NCBI GenBank assembly: GCA_963729445.1 | Contig: CAVSNU010000002.1 | Coordinates: 392,327-456,326 of the forward strand | DNA length: 64,000 bases | Origin: an uncultured Chloroflexia bacterium | Lineage (GTDB): Bacteria; Chloroflexota; Chloroflexia; Thermomicrobiales; CFX8 | Direction of reading: 5' to 3' | In this document: positions 34,333 through 43,651 of the stretch, one piece after another | How the letters are laid out: every line of letters begins with the position of its first letter | Position numbering within the stretch: the first letter of the stretch is position 1 | Notes under the pieces: generated by a model | Told to the model about the DNA's origin: nothing | Seen by the model: the letters and a program-made list of their open reading frames with translations, nothing else | Database searches by the model: none | Program-made: the position numbers and the translations under genes

Positions 34333-36207
34333 TTAGACGGCCACGGTCTTGGAACGATCCGTCGAGAGCTCGAGCGCGGTCTCCACGAGATCCTGAGCGG
34401 TAATGCCGGCCTGGGCACGCAGCGCTTCCTGAGAGGCATGGTCAAGGAAGACGTCCGGAATTGCAAGACACTCCACCGGGACCTGAACTCCCTCGCGAGC
34501 GAGCAGATCCAGCACCGCCGAGCCGAAGCCACCCTGGCGCACATTCTCTTCGATCGTCATCAGGCGACCTGTTTCACGGGCGCACGTGAGGATCAAGTCC
34601 TCGTCGAGCGGCTTGATGAAGCGTGCGTTCACAACGCGCGCGGAGATGCCCCGCTCGGCGAGCATGTCAGCCGCATTCTCAGCAGTGATGACCCGCGAGC
34701 CAACCGCCAGAATGGTGAGATCGTGGCCCTCGCGCAGGATCTCTCCGCGTCCGATCGGCAGTTTCACCGGCTTGAGGGTCGTCTCAACGCCTGTGCCGCT
34801 CCCGCGTGGGAAGCGCACCGCGACGGGGCCGGCGTGGTCGATCGCTGTGAGGATCATGTTGCGCAGCTCGGACTCATCCTTGGGGGCCATGATGACCATA
34901 TTCGGCAGGCAGCTGAGGTAGGAGAAGTCAAAGACGCCATGGTGCGTGCGGCCGTCGTCGCCAACCAGGCCGGCGCGGTCCATCGCGAACACGACCGGCA
35001 GGTTCTGAACGCAGACATCATGGATAACCTGGTCGTAGGCACGCTGCAAGAACGTCGAATAGACCGCGACCACTGGGCGCAAGCCCTGGGTGGCCAGTCC
35101 GGCCGCAAACGTAACGGCGTGCTGTTCAGCGATGCCCACGTCAAAGAAACGGTCCGGGTGCGCTTTCGCAAACGGCAACAAACCGGTACCGTCCGGCATA
35201 GCCGCCGTTATCGCGACGATCCGATCGTCCGTGCTGGCGAGCTGGGTCAGGTAATCACCGAAGACATCCTGATACTTCGGAGGCGTCGGCTTGGCAGGAC
35301 CAGTCGAGGCGACCCTGGCGGCGTGGTGCTTGAACGGGTCATCCTCGGCAAAGTCATAGCCCTTGCCTTTGGTCGTCACGGCATGGACGAAGACCGGACC
35401 TTCGAGTGTCTTCACCGTCTCGAACGTCTCGATCAGCTCTTCAATGTTGTGGCCGTCAACCGGTCCAACATAGGTAAACCCGAGTTCTTCCCAGATCATG
35501 GTGTGGTAGACGAATTCTTTGAAGGAATCCCGCATCCGTTTACTCAGCTCGAGGAAGAGATCGCCCTTGGGGGCCTTGTGCATGAGCCTCTCGAACTCGG
35601 CCTTGGCGCGGCTGTAGCGTTCGTCCGTCCGCATCCGGGAGAGATATTTCGACATCGCGCCCACGTTCGGCGCGATGCTCATCTCGTTGTCGTTGAGAAC
35701 CACGATGAATGGCAGGTGCAGGTTGCCGGCGTTGTTCAGGGCCTCGTAGGCCATTCCGCCGGTCAGTGCGCCGTCCCCGATGACCGCGATCGCCCGGCCG
35801 GATTCGCCTTTCAGGTTCTTCCCGACGGCCATGCCCAGTGCAGCTGAGATGCTGGTGCTGGCGTGACCGGCGCCGAAGGCGTCATGCTCGCTCTCCTCGC
35901 GCTGGAGGAAGCCCGAGAGACCACCCTCTTTCCGAATCGTTTCGAAACGCTCACGCCTTCCGGTGATGAGCTTGTGCGGGTAGCCCTGATGCCCCACGTC
36001 CCAGACAAGCTGGTCTCGCGGCGAATCGAACACGTAGTGCAGCGCCAGGGTCAGCTCAACCGAGCCAAGGTTCGACGCGAAGTGTCCACCATTTTTACTG
36101 GTGACACGGTAAATTTCATCGCGGATTTCGCGCGCGAGGCATTCAAGTTCCGGTACCCGCAGAGATTTTATATCTCCCGGTCCGTTAACGCGCTCGAGAT
36201 ACACCAT
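34333..36207 (-). CDS. dxs: 1-deoxy-D-xylulose-5-phosphate synthase
   Basis: L...N.P.D.K.L....L..LA.EIR.......S..GGH....LG..ELT.ALH.VF..P.D...WDVGHQ.Y.HK..TGR, GHASTSISAALGMA and GDGA.T.GMA.EALN. ATG at 36207 is preceded by GAGGAGGAG. The ORF-track start at 36399 is an upstream in-frame artefact. Confidence 0.95.
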   Translation of the reverse strand: MVYLERVNGPGDIKSLRVPELECLAREIRDEIYRVTSKNGGHFASNLGSVELTLALHYVFDSPRDQLVWDVGHQGYPHKLITGRRERFETIRKEGGLSGFLQREESEHDAFGAGHASTSISAALGMAVGKNLKGESGRAIAVIGDGALTGGMAYEALNNAGNLHLPFIVVLNDNEMSIAPNVGAMSKYLSRMRTDERYSRAKAEFERLMHKAPKGDLFLELSKRMRDSFKEFVYHTMIWEELGFTYVGPVDGHNIEELIETFETVKTLEGPVFVHAVTTKGKGYDFAEDDPFKHHAARVASTGPAKPTPPKYQDVFGDYLTQLASTDDRIVAITAAMPDGTGLLPFAKAHPDRFFDVGIAEQHAVTFAAGLATQGLRPVVAVYSTFLQRAYDQVIHDVCVQNLPVVFAMDRAGLVGDDGRTHHGVFDFSYLSCLPNMVIMAPKDESELRNMILTAIDHAGPVAVRFPRGSGTGVETTLKPVKLPIGRGEILREGHDLTILAVGSRVITAENAADMLAERGISARVVNARFIKPLDEDLILTCARETGRLMTIEENVRQGGFGSAVLDLLAREGVQVPVECLAIPDVFLDHASQEALRAQAGITAQDLVETALELSTDRSKTVAV

Positions 36208-36471
36208 TATCTCCTCCTCAGCGCGGCTCACAACTAGCCCCGCTACCTCAGACTCTATCACCTTGTGGCAGGGGGATGTTGACAATAACACCCACCGATT
36301 GTGACGCCAGATACTAACAATCCAGATTGTCCTGGACAGACACGTGGCCACTCTCGACACCCCGCGAGATTGGCTACCGTCCTGAGAAGTGAAGCACACC
36401 GCTACTCTAGCGTGTCTGCTGAAGCGTGGACAACTTGTGTCTAGAGGAAGAAGAACCGTCCTCCGACGAAA

Positions 36472-37290
36472 CTATCTGCCCGCAGCAATAGACAGCTCCA
36501 GCACCAACGCGCGCTCGGCAGGACCAAACCAGTGCCCATCGCCGCACGCCGCATTCTCCCGTAAGTGTTGTGCACGCCGGGTCGCGGGAACAACCACCGA
36601 CACGCGGGAATCGCTGAGCGCCCATTTCAACACCGCTTGCGGCCAGCTCCGCACACCAAAGGGTCGCAAGGGATCGAGATCCATCTCGCGTGGCTGGGGT
36701 TGAAGGACTTCTCCTTCAAGGAAGGGCCGCATCACGATCACCCCGATCCCAAGCTCGGCGGCCAGAGGCAATAGCAGCTGCTCCGCCTCACGCTCGAACG
36801 GGTTGTACGGTATCTGAATCACATCCACCGTCCGCTCGCGCATCAACCGGGCGAGCCGCGGAAAGTCGCGCTCATGCTCGCAGGTCACTCCGGCGACACG
36901 CAGCGAGCGATCGGACTTCATGCGCTGAAACACCGGCTGGAACTCGGACCAGACGGAGAGGGACTCCGCCAGGAAGATATCGATCCGATCCTCAAACAGG
37001 CGTAGGGATCGGTCGATCTGGTTGTGGACGAGGCGCAGATCTCCGGCGGTGACACTCGTCGCGATAATGACGCGCTTGCGCCGGCCGGTCAGACTACTCC
37101 CAAGGATACGTTCTGATTCTCCGAACGTCGGGGACGTCTCGAAAAACGTAACACCCTCTGCCAGTGCCAGATCCACCAGCGCGCGCCGGGCTGCCTGGCT
37201 CTCCTTGCCATACACATCAAAAGGATACCTGGCGCCCAGACCAACGACGGGCACCCTGATGCCGGTCTGACCGAGCTCACGCCGCTCCAC
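36472..37290 (-). CDS. aldo/keto reductase
   Basis: R.LG.TG..V...GLG N-terminus and the (alpha/beta)8 AKR pattern. GTG start with GGAGGT RBS. Confidence 0.75.
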   Translation of the reverse strand: MERRELGQTGIRVPVVGLGARYPFDVYGKESQAARRALVDLALAEGVTFFETSPTFGESERILGSSLTGRRKRVIIATSVTAGDLRLVHNQIDRSLRLFEDRIDIFLAESLSVWSEFQPVFQRMKSDRSLRVAGVTCEHERDFPRLARLMRERTVDVIQIPYNPFEREAEQLLLPLAAELGIGVIVMRPFLEGEVLQPQPREMDLDPLRPFGVRSWPQAVLKWALSDSRVSVVVPATRRAQHLRENAACGDGHWFGPAERALVLELSIAAGR

Positions 37291-37320
37291 GATTGGGACT
37301 ACCTCCAGGTTCGCCGCCGG

Positions 37321-38610
37321 TCAGGACTGACCGCTGCCGGCCGGTTGGCCGCTGGAGGCCGGGGGTTGACCGTTGGCTGACTCCCGGGGCTTGACCGGAT
37401 GGACACCGAGCCAGCGGCGCGGCGTGCGCTTCACACCTTGCGCCTCCAACGTGCGAATCAGCTCCCCTTCGGTGAAACCCCGGAACTCCATGTCCCCCAG
37501 AAGATCCAGTCCGGTGCTAGCCACCGCCGTCGACGCGGTGAGCATTTGATCGAAGCCGTACCGGGACACGCTCGCCCGCGTGAACGCTTCGGTGCCCGAT
37601 TCAACCGTGTCTTCCGAGATCGGATAGCGGGCCTCGACGACTGAGGTAACGAGTGAGACGTGGCCCCAGTCGGTGCTGCCCGACGGCTGCGTCTTCACGA
37701 TTCGATCCTGATTGAGACCGATGGTGTCAGCGAACGTCTTGATACGCCTGGCGAGAACGCGGTTGATATTCAACGCGGGCGAGCCGCCAACGATCTCAAT
37801 CTCCGCGCTCGATCCAGTCTCGCTCGCGGCCAGCTTTGCGCGTTCGCGCACGCTTGCCGTCAACCGATCGAGATCCGGATTCGTCTCAGCGCGCAGGTTG
37901 AGCTCAAGCCCGCCCTCAGTGAACACCGCCTCCACATAGCTTGTCTCGGGATGCGTTTGCGCAACGGCTTCAACCGCAGTCGCCAGACGTTGTCGAGCGT
38001 CGGATTCGCCGGCTGGACCATCGAATTGAACGCGCATCTGGAGCGTGGCGAATGTCTCGCCGGTGCGACGAATTGTCGGCTGAAAACCCAGTCCGCTGGA
38101 CGCTGGACGGGCGCCGAGCGCGGCGTCTACCGGATCGAAGACTCCCGCGGCTGCCAACAGGCGCTTGCCCTCAGCAGTCGACGCGGCCGGGCAGCCGACC
38201 ACGGTTACCTCGCCATAGATGCCGTGCAGGGTGGCGGCCAGACCTACGGCACTGGCCAACGCGGCTCCCGCCACCAGATGACGCCCCGAGGTGTGGCCGC
38301 GCTCATCGTCCGCGTCATACTCCGCCAGGATCGCAACGTGGCCGTGGCGCAAACCCTTGCGCATCGCCTCGGTGTCGAACCGCCGGTAACTCGCCCTGAA
38401 CGCCGTCGGGAGGCCGGCCAGACCGGGTTCGATCTCGAAACCAGCGCTCGCCAGGAAGCCGGTTAGGCGGCTGACGGCGCGCGTTTCTCCAAAAGCAGGC
38501 TCCGGATCCTCGAAGATCTGCTCGCAGAGCGCGACGATACCAGGCGCCGCACGCTGGATCGCCTGCGCCGCCGCTCTACCAAGCTCACTTCTACCTTCAA
38601 AACTCGACAC
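37321..38610 (-). CDS. M20D-like amidohydrolase paralog with a substituted metal-binding motif
   Basis: The overall M20/M20D layout is present (..FEDPEPAFGE.R....L...L...GFE......GLPTAF.A......). Where the family normally has GH(A/G)CGH(N/D), this protein reads ERGHTSGRHL. It has a C-terminal low-complexity tail. Confidence 0.55.
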   Translation of the reverse strand: MSSFEGRSELGRAAAQAIQRAAPGIVALCEQIFEDPEPAFGETRAVSRLTGFLASAGFEIEPGLAGLPTAFRASYRRFDTEAMRKGLRHGHVAILAEYDADDERGHTSGRHLVAGAALASAVGLAATLHGIYGEVTVVGCPAASTAEGKRLLAAAGVFDPVDAALGARPASSGLGFQPTIRRTGETFATLQMRVQFDGPAGESDARQRLATAVEAVAQTHPETSYVEAVFTEGGLELNLRAETNPDLDRLTASVRERAKLAASETGSSAEIEIVGGSPALNINRVLARRIKTFADTIGLNQDRIVKTQPSGSTDWGHVSLVTSVVEARYPISEDTVESGTEAFTRASVSRYGFDQMLTASTAVASTGLDLLGDMEFRGFTEGELIRTLEAQGVKRTPRRWLGVHPVKPRESANGQPPASSGQPAGSGQS

Positions 38611-38656
38611 AGTCGTTCGCCTCCAGAGACATCCGGCGCTACGGCCGGTGACAAGC

Positions 38657-39469
38657 CTAGCGCTCGAGGATGGTCACGCGCGCGTTGGCAGCGCGATCCG
38701 GGTCGACGTAGATCGTCTGACCTCCGCGAAAAATCACTTCATACGGTCCATCGCCACGCGCGTCAAGGACGTCAGTGAGGCCGCCAGGCATCGTCGGCAT
38801 GTGGAGCTCGACGCGGTGCGGTCCTACCTTGAAGGAGACGCCCTCGGCGCCGTGCCCGCTGGGCGACACTTCCAGCGGCCTCGGCTCGGTGCCGAACAGC
38901 GCCCGGTGCTTCTCAGTCGCAGCCTCAAGATCGCGGACAGCGACGACGAGCGTCTGGAGGTACTCGACCCCATTCGGGTGCGCCAGACCGGCGCCACCGG
39001 GCACGCGCAGCGCGCGATCGGTCACATCCTCGATCAGGAATGGCAGGCCGAACGTCTCGTCACCAGCCGGCGTGGCAGTTTTCCAGGCAATCTCACGGCC
39101 GTCAGGCCGCTGGCGCGCACCCGCGTGAGGTCCGTCATAGGGCACGCCGCGCTCTCGCGCGCGCTGAATCTCAGACTCAACGCTCGACGTGCCGACGGCG
39201 TAATCCACCAGGCCGCCGCCCGACGCCAGGTACTTGTACCAGCGGTGCTGGTCGGCGTCCTCATGCTCATAGAATGCAATGAGCTCGATGTACGAGCCGT
39301 CGCCAACCGAGATTAACGCGTTGTGGGTGAATCGCGGATGTCGCCCGCCAGGCTCAACAATGAAACCGAGGTCTTCATACTGCTCGATGGCCGTGTCAAG
39401 ATCCTCAACGAGAATAACGACGTGGTCGATACCGGTAATCATGAACTGAAACTCCGCTTCCACTGCCAA
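38657..39469 (-). CDS. VOC-family (glyoxalase/bleomycin-resistance/dioxygenase fold) protein, two modules
   Basis: I.GIDHVVILV.DLD.AI..Y..LGF and a second ..L..LVVAVRDLEAAT..... module. The start may be the internal ATG at 39442. Confidence 0.7.
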   Translation of the reverse strand: MAVEAEFQFMITGIDHVVILVEDLDTAIEQYEDLGFIVEPGGRHPRFTHNALISVGDGSYIELIAFYEHEDADQHRWYKYLASGGGLVDYAVGTSSVESEIQRARERGVPYDGPHAGARQRPDGREIAWKTATPAGDETFGLPFLIEDVTDRALRVPGGAGLAHPNGVEYLQTLVVAVRDLEAATEKHRALFGTEPRPLEVSPSGHGAEGVSFKVGPHRVELHMPTMPGGLTDVLDARGDGPYEVIFRGGQTIYVDPDRAANARVTILER

Positions 39470-39596
39470 GCCGGCTCATTTGCTGTTAGCTTGTCGGATT
39501 GTAGCCCACGCCGCGTTCGTGTCGCGCGACACTTCTCCGCTGTCTTCGTTACAATGGCAGGGAGGGGCGTCTTTGAAACCCTCCAGGGAGTACAGA

Positions 39597-40466
39597 ATGC
39601 CCAAACTCCGTGTTCAACAGGTCCGCCGCTCGATTGTCGCCACTGGCCTCATCCTAACCCTGTCGCTGGTAGCCTGTAGTGGACCAGACGAATTCGGAGA
39701 CAATCCTCAGACGCCACCGCCGACTGCTCGCGTCACCCCTGCTGCGGAACCCTCTCCAACATCGACCAGCTCTCCGACCGCGGACACCACGCCCACTTCT
39801 GCTGACGCTGAAGGATCGCCCACAGCCGGCGAGGCTGGAGGGACTGTCGCGGCCGAGACGCCAGAGACAACCCGGGGAACGCCGGAGCCTCGCGAGACTC
39901 CAACTCCGGAGGTGGAGCAAACTCCTACTCTGGAACCGCTCACCGGCATGGATCCTCTTCCACGACCGGACGAGCTGTCCGAAGCCGGGTATATCGTTGC
40001 CGACGAGGGCGAGCGCTCCCAGGAGCAGCTGGCAGGCGCCTATGACGACCAGACCGCGCACCTGCTGCGTCTGGAAGAGTGGGGGTTCCGGCAACACGTC
40101 TACCGGGAGTTCACCCGCCAGGCCTCCGATGCCAATCAACGACCCCCGTACGTGCTCGCAACCGTGAACGTGTACGGCAGCCCGGCACAGGCGAATGACG
40201 CCTTCAAGTGGCTGGAAGATCTCCAGTTGAATCAGGGTGCCAAAAACGCGGCAGCGCCGGAGATCGGTGATGCTGCGGTCGCGATCACCGTCGCCACACA
40301 GGAAGGCATCCCCACCGCGTCGGTCTATGTGCTGTACGGCTCCAGCACGTTCGTCTACTACGCTCAGGGCGGTGATCCGTTGCCCGAGGTCATCGCGGTG
40401 GCTGAACGCGTGTTTGAACGGATTGGCGATGATCGTCGCAGAGCAGAACGGAGGTGGCCAAGCTAG
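39597..40466 (+). CDS. lipoprotein with a Thr/Pro-rich linker, function unknown
   Basis: MPKLRVQQVRRSIVATGLILTLSLVAC with the lipobox LVAC, then a low-complexity TP-rich stretch. AGGGAG RBS. The ORF-track start at 39480 is upstream of the signal peptide. Confidence 0.65.
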   Translation: MPKLRVQQVRRSIVATGLILTLSLVACSGPDEFGDNPQTPPPTARVTPAAEPSPTSTSSPTADTTPTSADAEGSPTAGEAGGTVAAETPETTRGTPEPRETPTPEVEQTPTLEPLTGMDPLPRPDELSEAGYIVADEGERSQEQLAGAYDDQTAHLLRLEEWGFRQHVYREFTRQASDANQRPPYVLATVNVYGSPAQANDAFKWLEDLQLNQGAKNAAAPEIGDAAVAITVATQEGIPTASVYVLYGSSTFVYYAQGGDPLPEVIAVAERVFERIGDDRRRAERRWPS

Positions 40467-40478
40467 GTACTATTCGTT

Positions 40479-40835
40479 ATGATTGTGATGCACGTCACAA
40501 AGTTTGCTGACGGGTGGATGGTGGGCTTGAGAACACGCGGTGATATCCGCGCAACGAAAGGCTACGAGATGGCGAATCAGGGCAGAGCCACAGTCTCGGA
40601 ATCGGCGCAGGATCGAAGCGTGAACGTGATTGAAGCCGCGGGTCTGGTCGCAGAGTACTCGACTGGATGTACGCCGACTGGTGAGTGGTTCGCACTTGGA
40701 ACCATTGTTCGTGAAGCAGGAGCTCGCGCAATGCCGGCGTGGGTCGTCGTTGGCACGGGCACAAGCGTTGAAGAAGCCGTTCAGGGCCTGGCGGCCGAAA
40801 TCGAGACGCAGGCACGCAGTCTCTCGCCAGCCTGA
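40479..40835 (+). CDS. hypothetical protein
   Basis: The ORF is followed by a clean rho-independent terminator. Start uncertain: ATG at 40569 has the better RBS (GAAAGG). No family recognised. Confidence 0.4.
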   Translation: MIVMHVTKFADGWMVGLRTRGDIRATKGYEMANQGRATVSESAQDRSVNVIEAAGLVAEYSTGCTPTGEWFALGTIVREAGARAMPAWVVVGTGTSVEEAVQGLAAEIETQARSLSPA

Positions 40836-40867
40836 GCCGTCAGCACTTAGAAGCGAAGAGCAACAAG

Positions 40868-40899
40868 GAAGCCGGGCAAATGCCCGGCTTCTTTATATT
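40868..40899 (+). terminator. rho-independent terminator
   Basis: GAAGCCGGGC-aaat-GCCCGGCTTC followed by TTTATATT. Confidence 0.75.
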
Positions 40900-41002
40900 C
40901 GTGTTGCTGAGAGCGGTTGTCGAAAACATTGACTTTCGTAGCGGCGCAGACTATCGCGGCGCTACGCCGATGTTTTTGCTCATCGCTGCCGGCGGGACTG
41001 AG

Positions 41003-41338
41003 CTAGTAGCGCGGGTACGAAGACTGCTGCCGGCGCGCCGAGAAGCAATCTGAGCAGTATACCGGCTTGTTGCCGCTTGGCTGGAACGGCACCTGGGTCT
41101 CTTGACCGCACTCATCGCAGATCGCAGAGAACATCTGGCGATCGGTGCGCGGAGCGCCGTAGCCACCGCTCGCACCGGCTCCGCCGCGGCTGCCAGCCTT
41201 GCGCGAGTCACGACAGTTCTTGCAACGCCGTGGCTGGTTGGTGAAACCCTTTTCCGCGTAGAACGCCTGCTCACCGGCGGTGAACACGAATTCTGAATTG
41301 CAGTCGCTGCAATTAAGGGTGATATCCGAGTGCTCCAT
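41003..41338 (-). CDS. double zinc-ribbon (CxxC...CxxC x 2) small protein
   Basis: MEHSDITLNCSDCNSEFVFTAGEQAFYAEKGFTNQPRRCKNCR...ICDECGQETQVPFQPSGNKPVYCSDCF is a widely conserved small zinc-ribbon architecture. ATG at 41338 with a GGGAG-type RBS. Confidence 0.7.
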   Translation of the reverse strand: MEHSDITLNCSDCNSEFVFTAGEQAFYAEKGFTNQPRRCKNCRDSRKAGSRGGAGASGGYGAPRTDRQMFSAICDECGQETQVPFQPSGNKPVYCSDCFSARRQQSSYPRY

Positions 41339-41517
41339 CTTTTCCTGGACTCCCTGGGACACGTCGTCGGCTAGGCGACGACACAAACATTTCGCGTCAT
41401 ACTGAAAATCTGACCCTGGGGATGTCGGAGAGGAGTACCCGGTCCTTACCACCTTAGGCAGTCAGTTGACTTCATGGATACATTAACACACATTTGTAAT
41501 CTACGCTAGTAGGAAGG

Positions 41518-42084
41518 CTAAATCTGTTTTGACGCACTTCCAGACTTCGCCCTGGTTGGGGTAATTCCGGCCTGCTGATCCTCGTAACGGCCCAGGATGA
41601 AGAGCAGCGACGAGAGCCGGTTCAGGTAGGCGGGAACCAGTTCATTCTTCAGTTCGTTCTCATGGAAGAGCTTGACGACCAGCCGCTCGGCTCGGCGCAC
41701 AACCGTCCGGGCGACATCCAGCGCGGCGCCTGACACCGTATCTCCAGGAAGGATGAAGTGCGGCGGCAAGGGAACTTCCTCGGCCAACTGGTCGGTCGTA
41801 GCCTCAAGCCGGTCGAGATGGTCCTGGGTCACGTGGTAGCGGTCCTGCTGCATATCGGTAGCGAAGGCCAGTTCTGCCATCATCAGGTAGAGATCACGCT
41901 GCGCCTCTACCAAAATGGTCCTGGTGCGCTCGCCTTGCGCAATTGCCCGGGCGTAGCCGATCTGTGCCGTGGCCTCATCAATCGTTCCAAAGGCTTCCGG
42001 ACGCGCGTCATACTTGGCCACTCGCCCACCCAAGAGATCGGTATAGCCCTGGTCGCCTTTTCGCGTGTAGAAGGTTGTCATCAC
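41518..42084 (-). CDS. PduO-type ATP:cob(I)alamin adenosyltransferase
   Basis: N-terminal YTRKGDQGYT.L.GG.RV.K signature and a helical-bundle length of 188 aa. Confidence 0.85.
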   Translation of the reverse strand: MMTTFYTRKGDQGYTDLLGGRVAKYDARPEAFGTIDEATAQIGYARAIAQGERTRTILVEAQRDLYLMMAELAFATDMQQDRYHVTQDHLDRLEATTDQLAEEVPLPPHFILPGDTVSGAALDVARTVVRRAERLVVKLFHENELKNELVPAYLNRLSSLLFILGRYEDQQAGITPTRAKSGSASKQI

Positions 42085-42251
42085 TTACTCCCGCTTCATT
42101 ATTCTGGCCACGCATGGCGAAGCTGTACTAAACGACACGTGAGAGGTGCTCCTAAAACGTTTCAGCCCAGACACGTATACTTCCAGGAGTGTACGCCCCG
42201 TGACATACCACGACCCACGCCAAACGTATCCGTATTACATGGTGAGAAACA

Positions 42252-43643
42252 TTGATGCCAACAGATCATGATTCCGTGAACGTACCAAATTCGCGAGTAT
42301 CGTCAAGTGTTAGCTGGACACCGGCCACCAAGCGATCCAAGCGCAAGACCGGTAGATCAAGATTCATCTCGATCGCCTTAATCACCCTGTTCGTGTTCAG
42401 CGGCATGTTCGCCGCCTTCGCCGGCGGCATGGTTTTTGAGCGGGCCGTCTCTGGCTCCCCCACCGAAGCGGCCAACCAGGACGCCCCGGTCTCAGCGTCG
42501 GAAACCTTTGACCGCGCCTGGGAGGTCGTCTCTGACGAATACGTCGACGAGAGCAAGATAAACGAAGAGCAGATGCTTGCAGGCGCGATTGAAGGCATGC
42601 TGGCCACACTTGGTGACGAGGGTCACACCCGCTACCTTACCGCCGAGGAAACGCAGATGGACCGGGAGAGCTCATCCGGCAGCTATGTCGGTATCGGTGT
42701 TCTGGTCGAAACCAACGAAAACGAAGAGTACGTGGTGGTGACTCCGTTTGAGGGCTCTCCTGCCTTCCAGGCCGGTGTGCAGCCGGGCGATGTCATCGTG
42801 GCTGTCGCCGGCCAGGATGTCGCCAATCAAACGATGCAGGAAGTCATCGCCCAGATTCGCGGACCGGAGGGGTCAACTGTTGAGGTGAGCTTCCAGCGGC
42901 CGGGGCAGACCGAGCGGATCACCCACACCCTGACCCGCAGCCGGATCACGGTCTCGTCGGTCTCCTGGACGATGCTGGAGAACAACATCGCCGTCCTGCG
43001 CTTGTCCCAGTTCACCTCCGGCGCCGGCGATGATCTGGCCCGTTCTCTTGAGGAAGCCAGGGCCGCCGGTGCACAGGGTGTCGTCCTCGACTTGCGACAC
43101 AACCCGGGAGGCTTTATTCGGGAGGCCATGCAGGTTGCCTCGATGTTCGTGCCGGACGATTCTGTCGTCTATATCAGCGAGACCCGCGATGGGGGCCGGG
43201 TGGAACACCGCGCGGAGCGCGGCGCGACCCACATCGATGACACACCGTTCGTGGTCCTGATCAATGAGGGCTCGGCGTCGTCGTCGGAGATCGTCTCCGG
43301 CGCCATCAAAGCCGCCAACACCTCCACCGTGATTGGCCAGGTCACCGTTGGCACCGGTACGGTGCTGCACCAGTTTGAGCTCGGCGATGGCTCGACGATC
43401 TGGCTTGGGGTAGAGCTCTGGCTCACGCCGGAGGGCAACCTGATCAAGGACCGCGGCATTCGCCCAGATGTCCTGGTCAGTCTCAATGAGGACCAGATTC
43501 CGTTCAGTGTCCACCCTTCCCAGAACGGCGCAGCGACAGACGAGCTCAACGACCGCCAGCTGGAATACGCGGTGCGGGTCCTGACCCACGACGAGGCCGG
43601 CTCGAAGAACCCTCAAATTGGAGGTCCATCACGAGCAAACTAG
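42252..43643 (+). CDS. S41-family C-terminal processing peptidase with PDZ domain
   Basis: N-terminal TM anchor, PDZ domain (GIGV......V....GSPA..AGV.PGD.I..V.G) and catalytic block LIN.GSASSSEI.SGA.K. Confidence 0.85.
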   Translation: MMPTDHDSVNVPNSRVSSSVSWTPATKRSKRKTGRSRFISIALITLFVFSGMFAAFAGGMVFERAVSGSPTEAANQDAPVSASETFDRAWEVVSDEYVDESKINEEQMLAGAIEGMLATLGDEGHTRYLTAEETQMDRESSSGSYVGIGVLVETNENEEYVVVTPFEGSPAFQAGVQPGDVIVAVAGQDVANQTMQEVIAQIRGPEGSTVEVSFQRPGQTERITHTLTRSRITVSSVSWTMLENNIAVLRLSQFTSGAGDDLARSLEEARAAGAQGVVLDLRHNPGGFIREAMQVASMFVPDDSVVYISETRDGGRVEHRAERGATHIDDTPFVVLINEGSASSSEIVSGAIKAANTSTVIGQVTVGTGTVLHQFELGDGSTIWLGVELWLTPEGNLIKDRGIRPDVLVSLNEDQIPFSVHPSQNGAATDELNDRQLEYAVRVLTHDEAGSKNPQIGGPSRAN

Positions 43644-43651
43644 GAGGTGAC

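Noticed and set aside
34333-36399. The ORF-track N-terminal extensions of dxs (64 extra aa), and likewise of RraA (to 22239), the amidohydrolase (to 55596), the 31004 membrane protein (to 31786) and the GT4 gene (to 19749).
   Set aside because: Internal starts with strong RBSs coincide with the beginning of family homology. The extensions overlap neighbouring genes, terminators or divergent starts.
36208-36471. A sigma-70-type promoter or TPP-type leader upstream of dxs.
   Set aside because: TTGTCA and TTGACA hexamers are present, but no -10 element lies at acceptable spacing on either strand. No TPP riboswitch core (CUGAGA...ACCUGA) is present.
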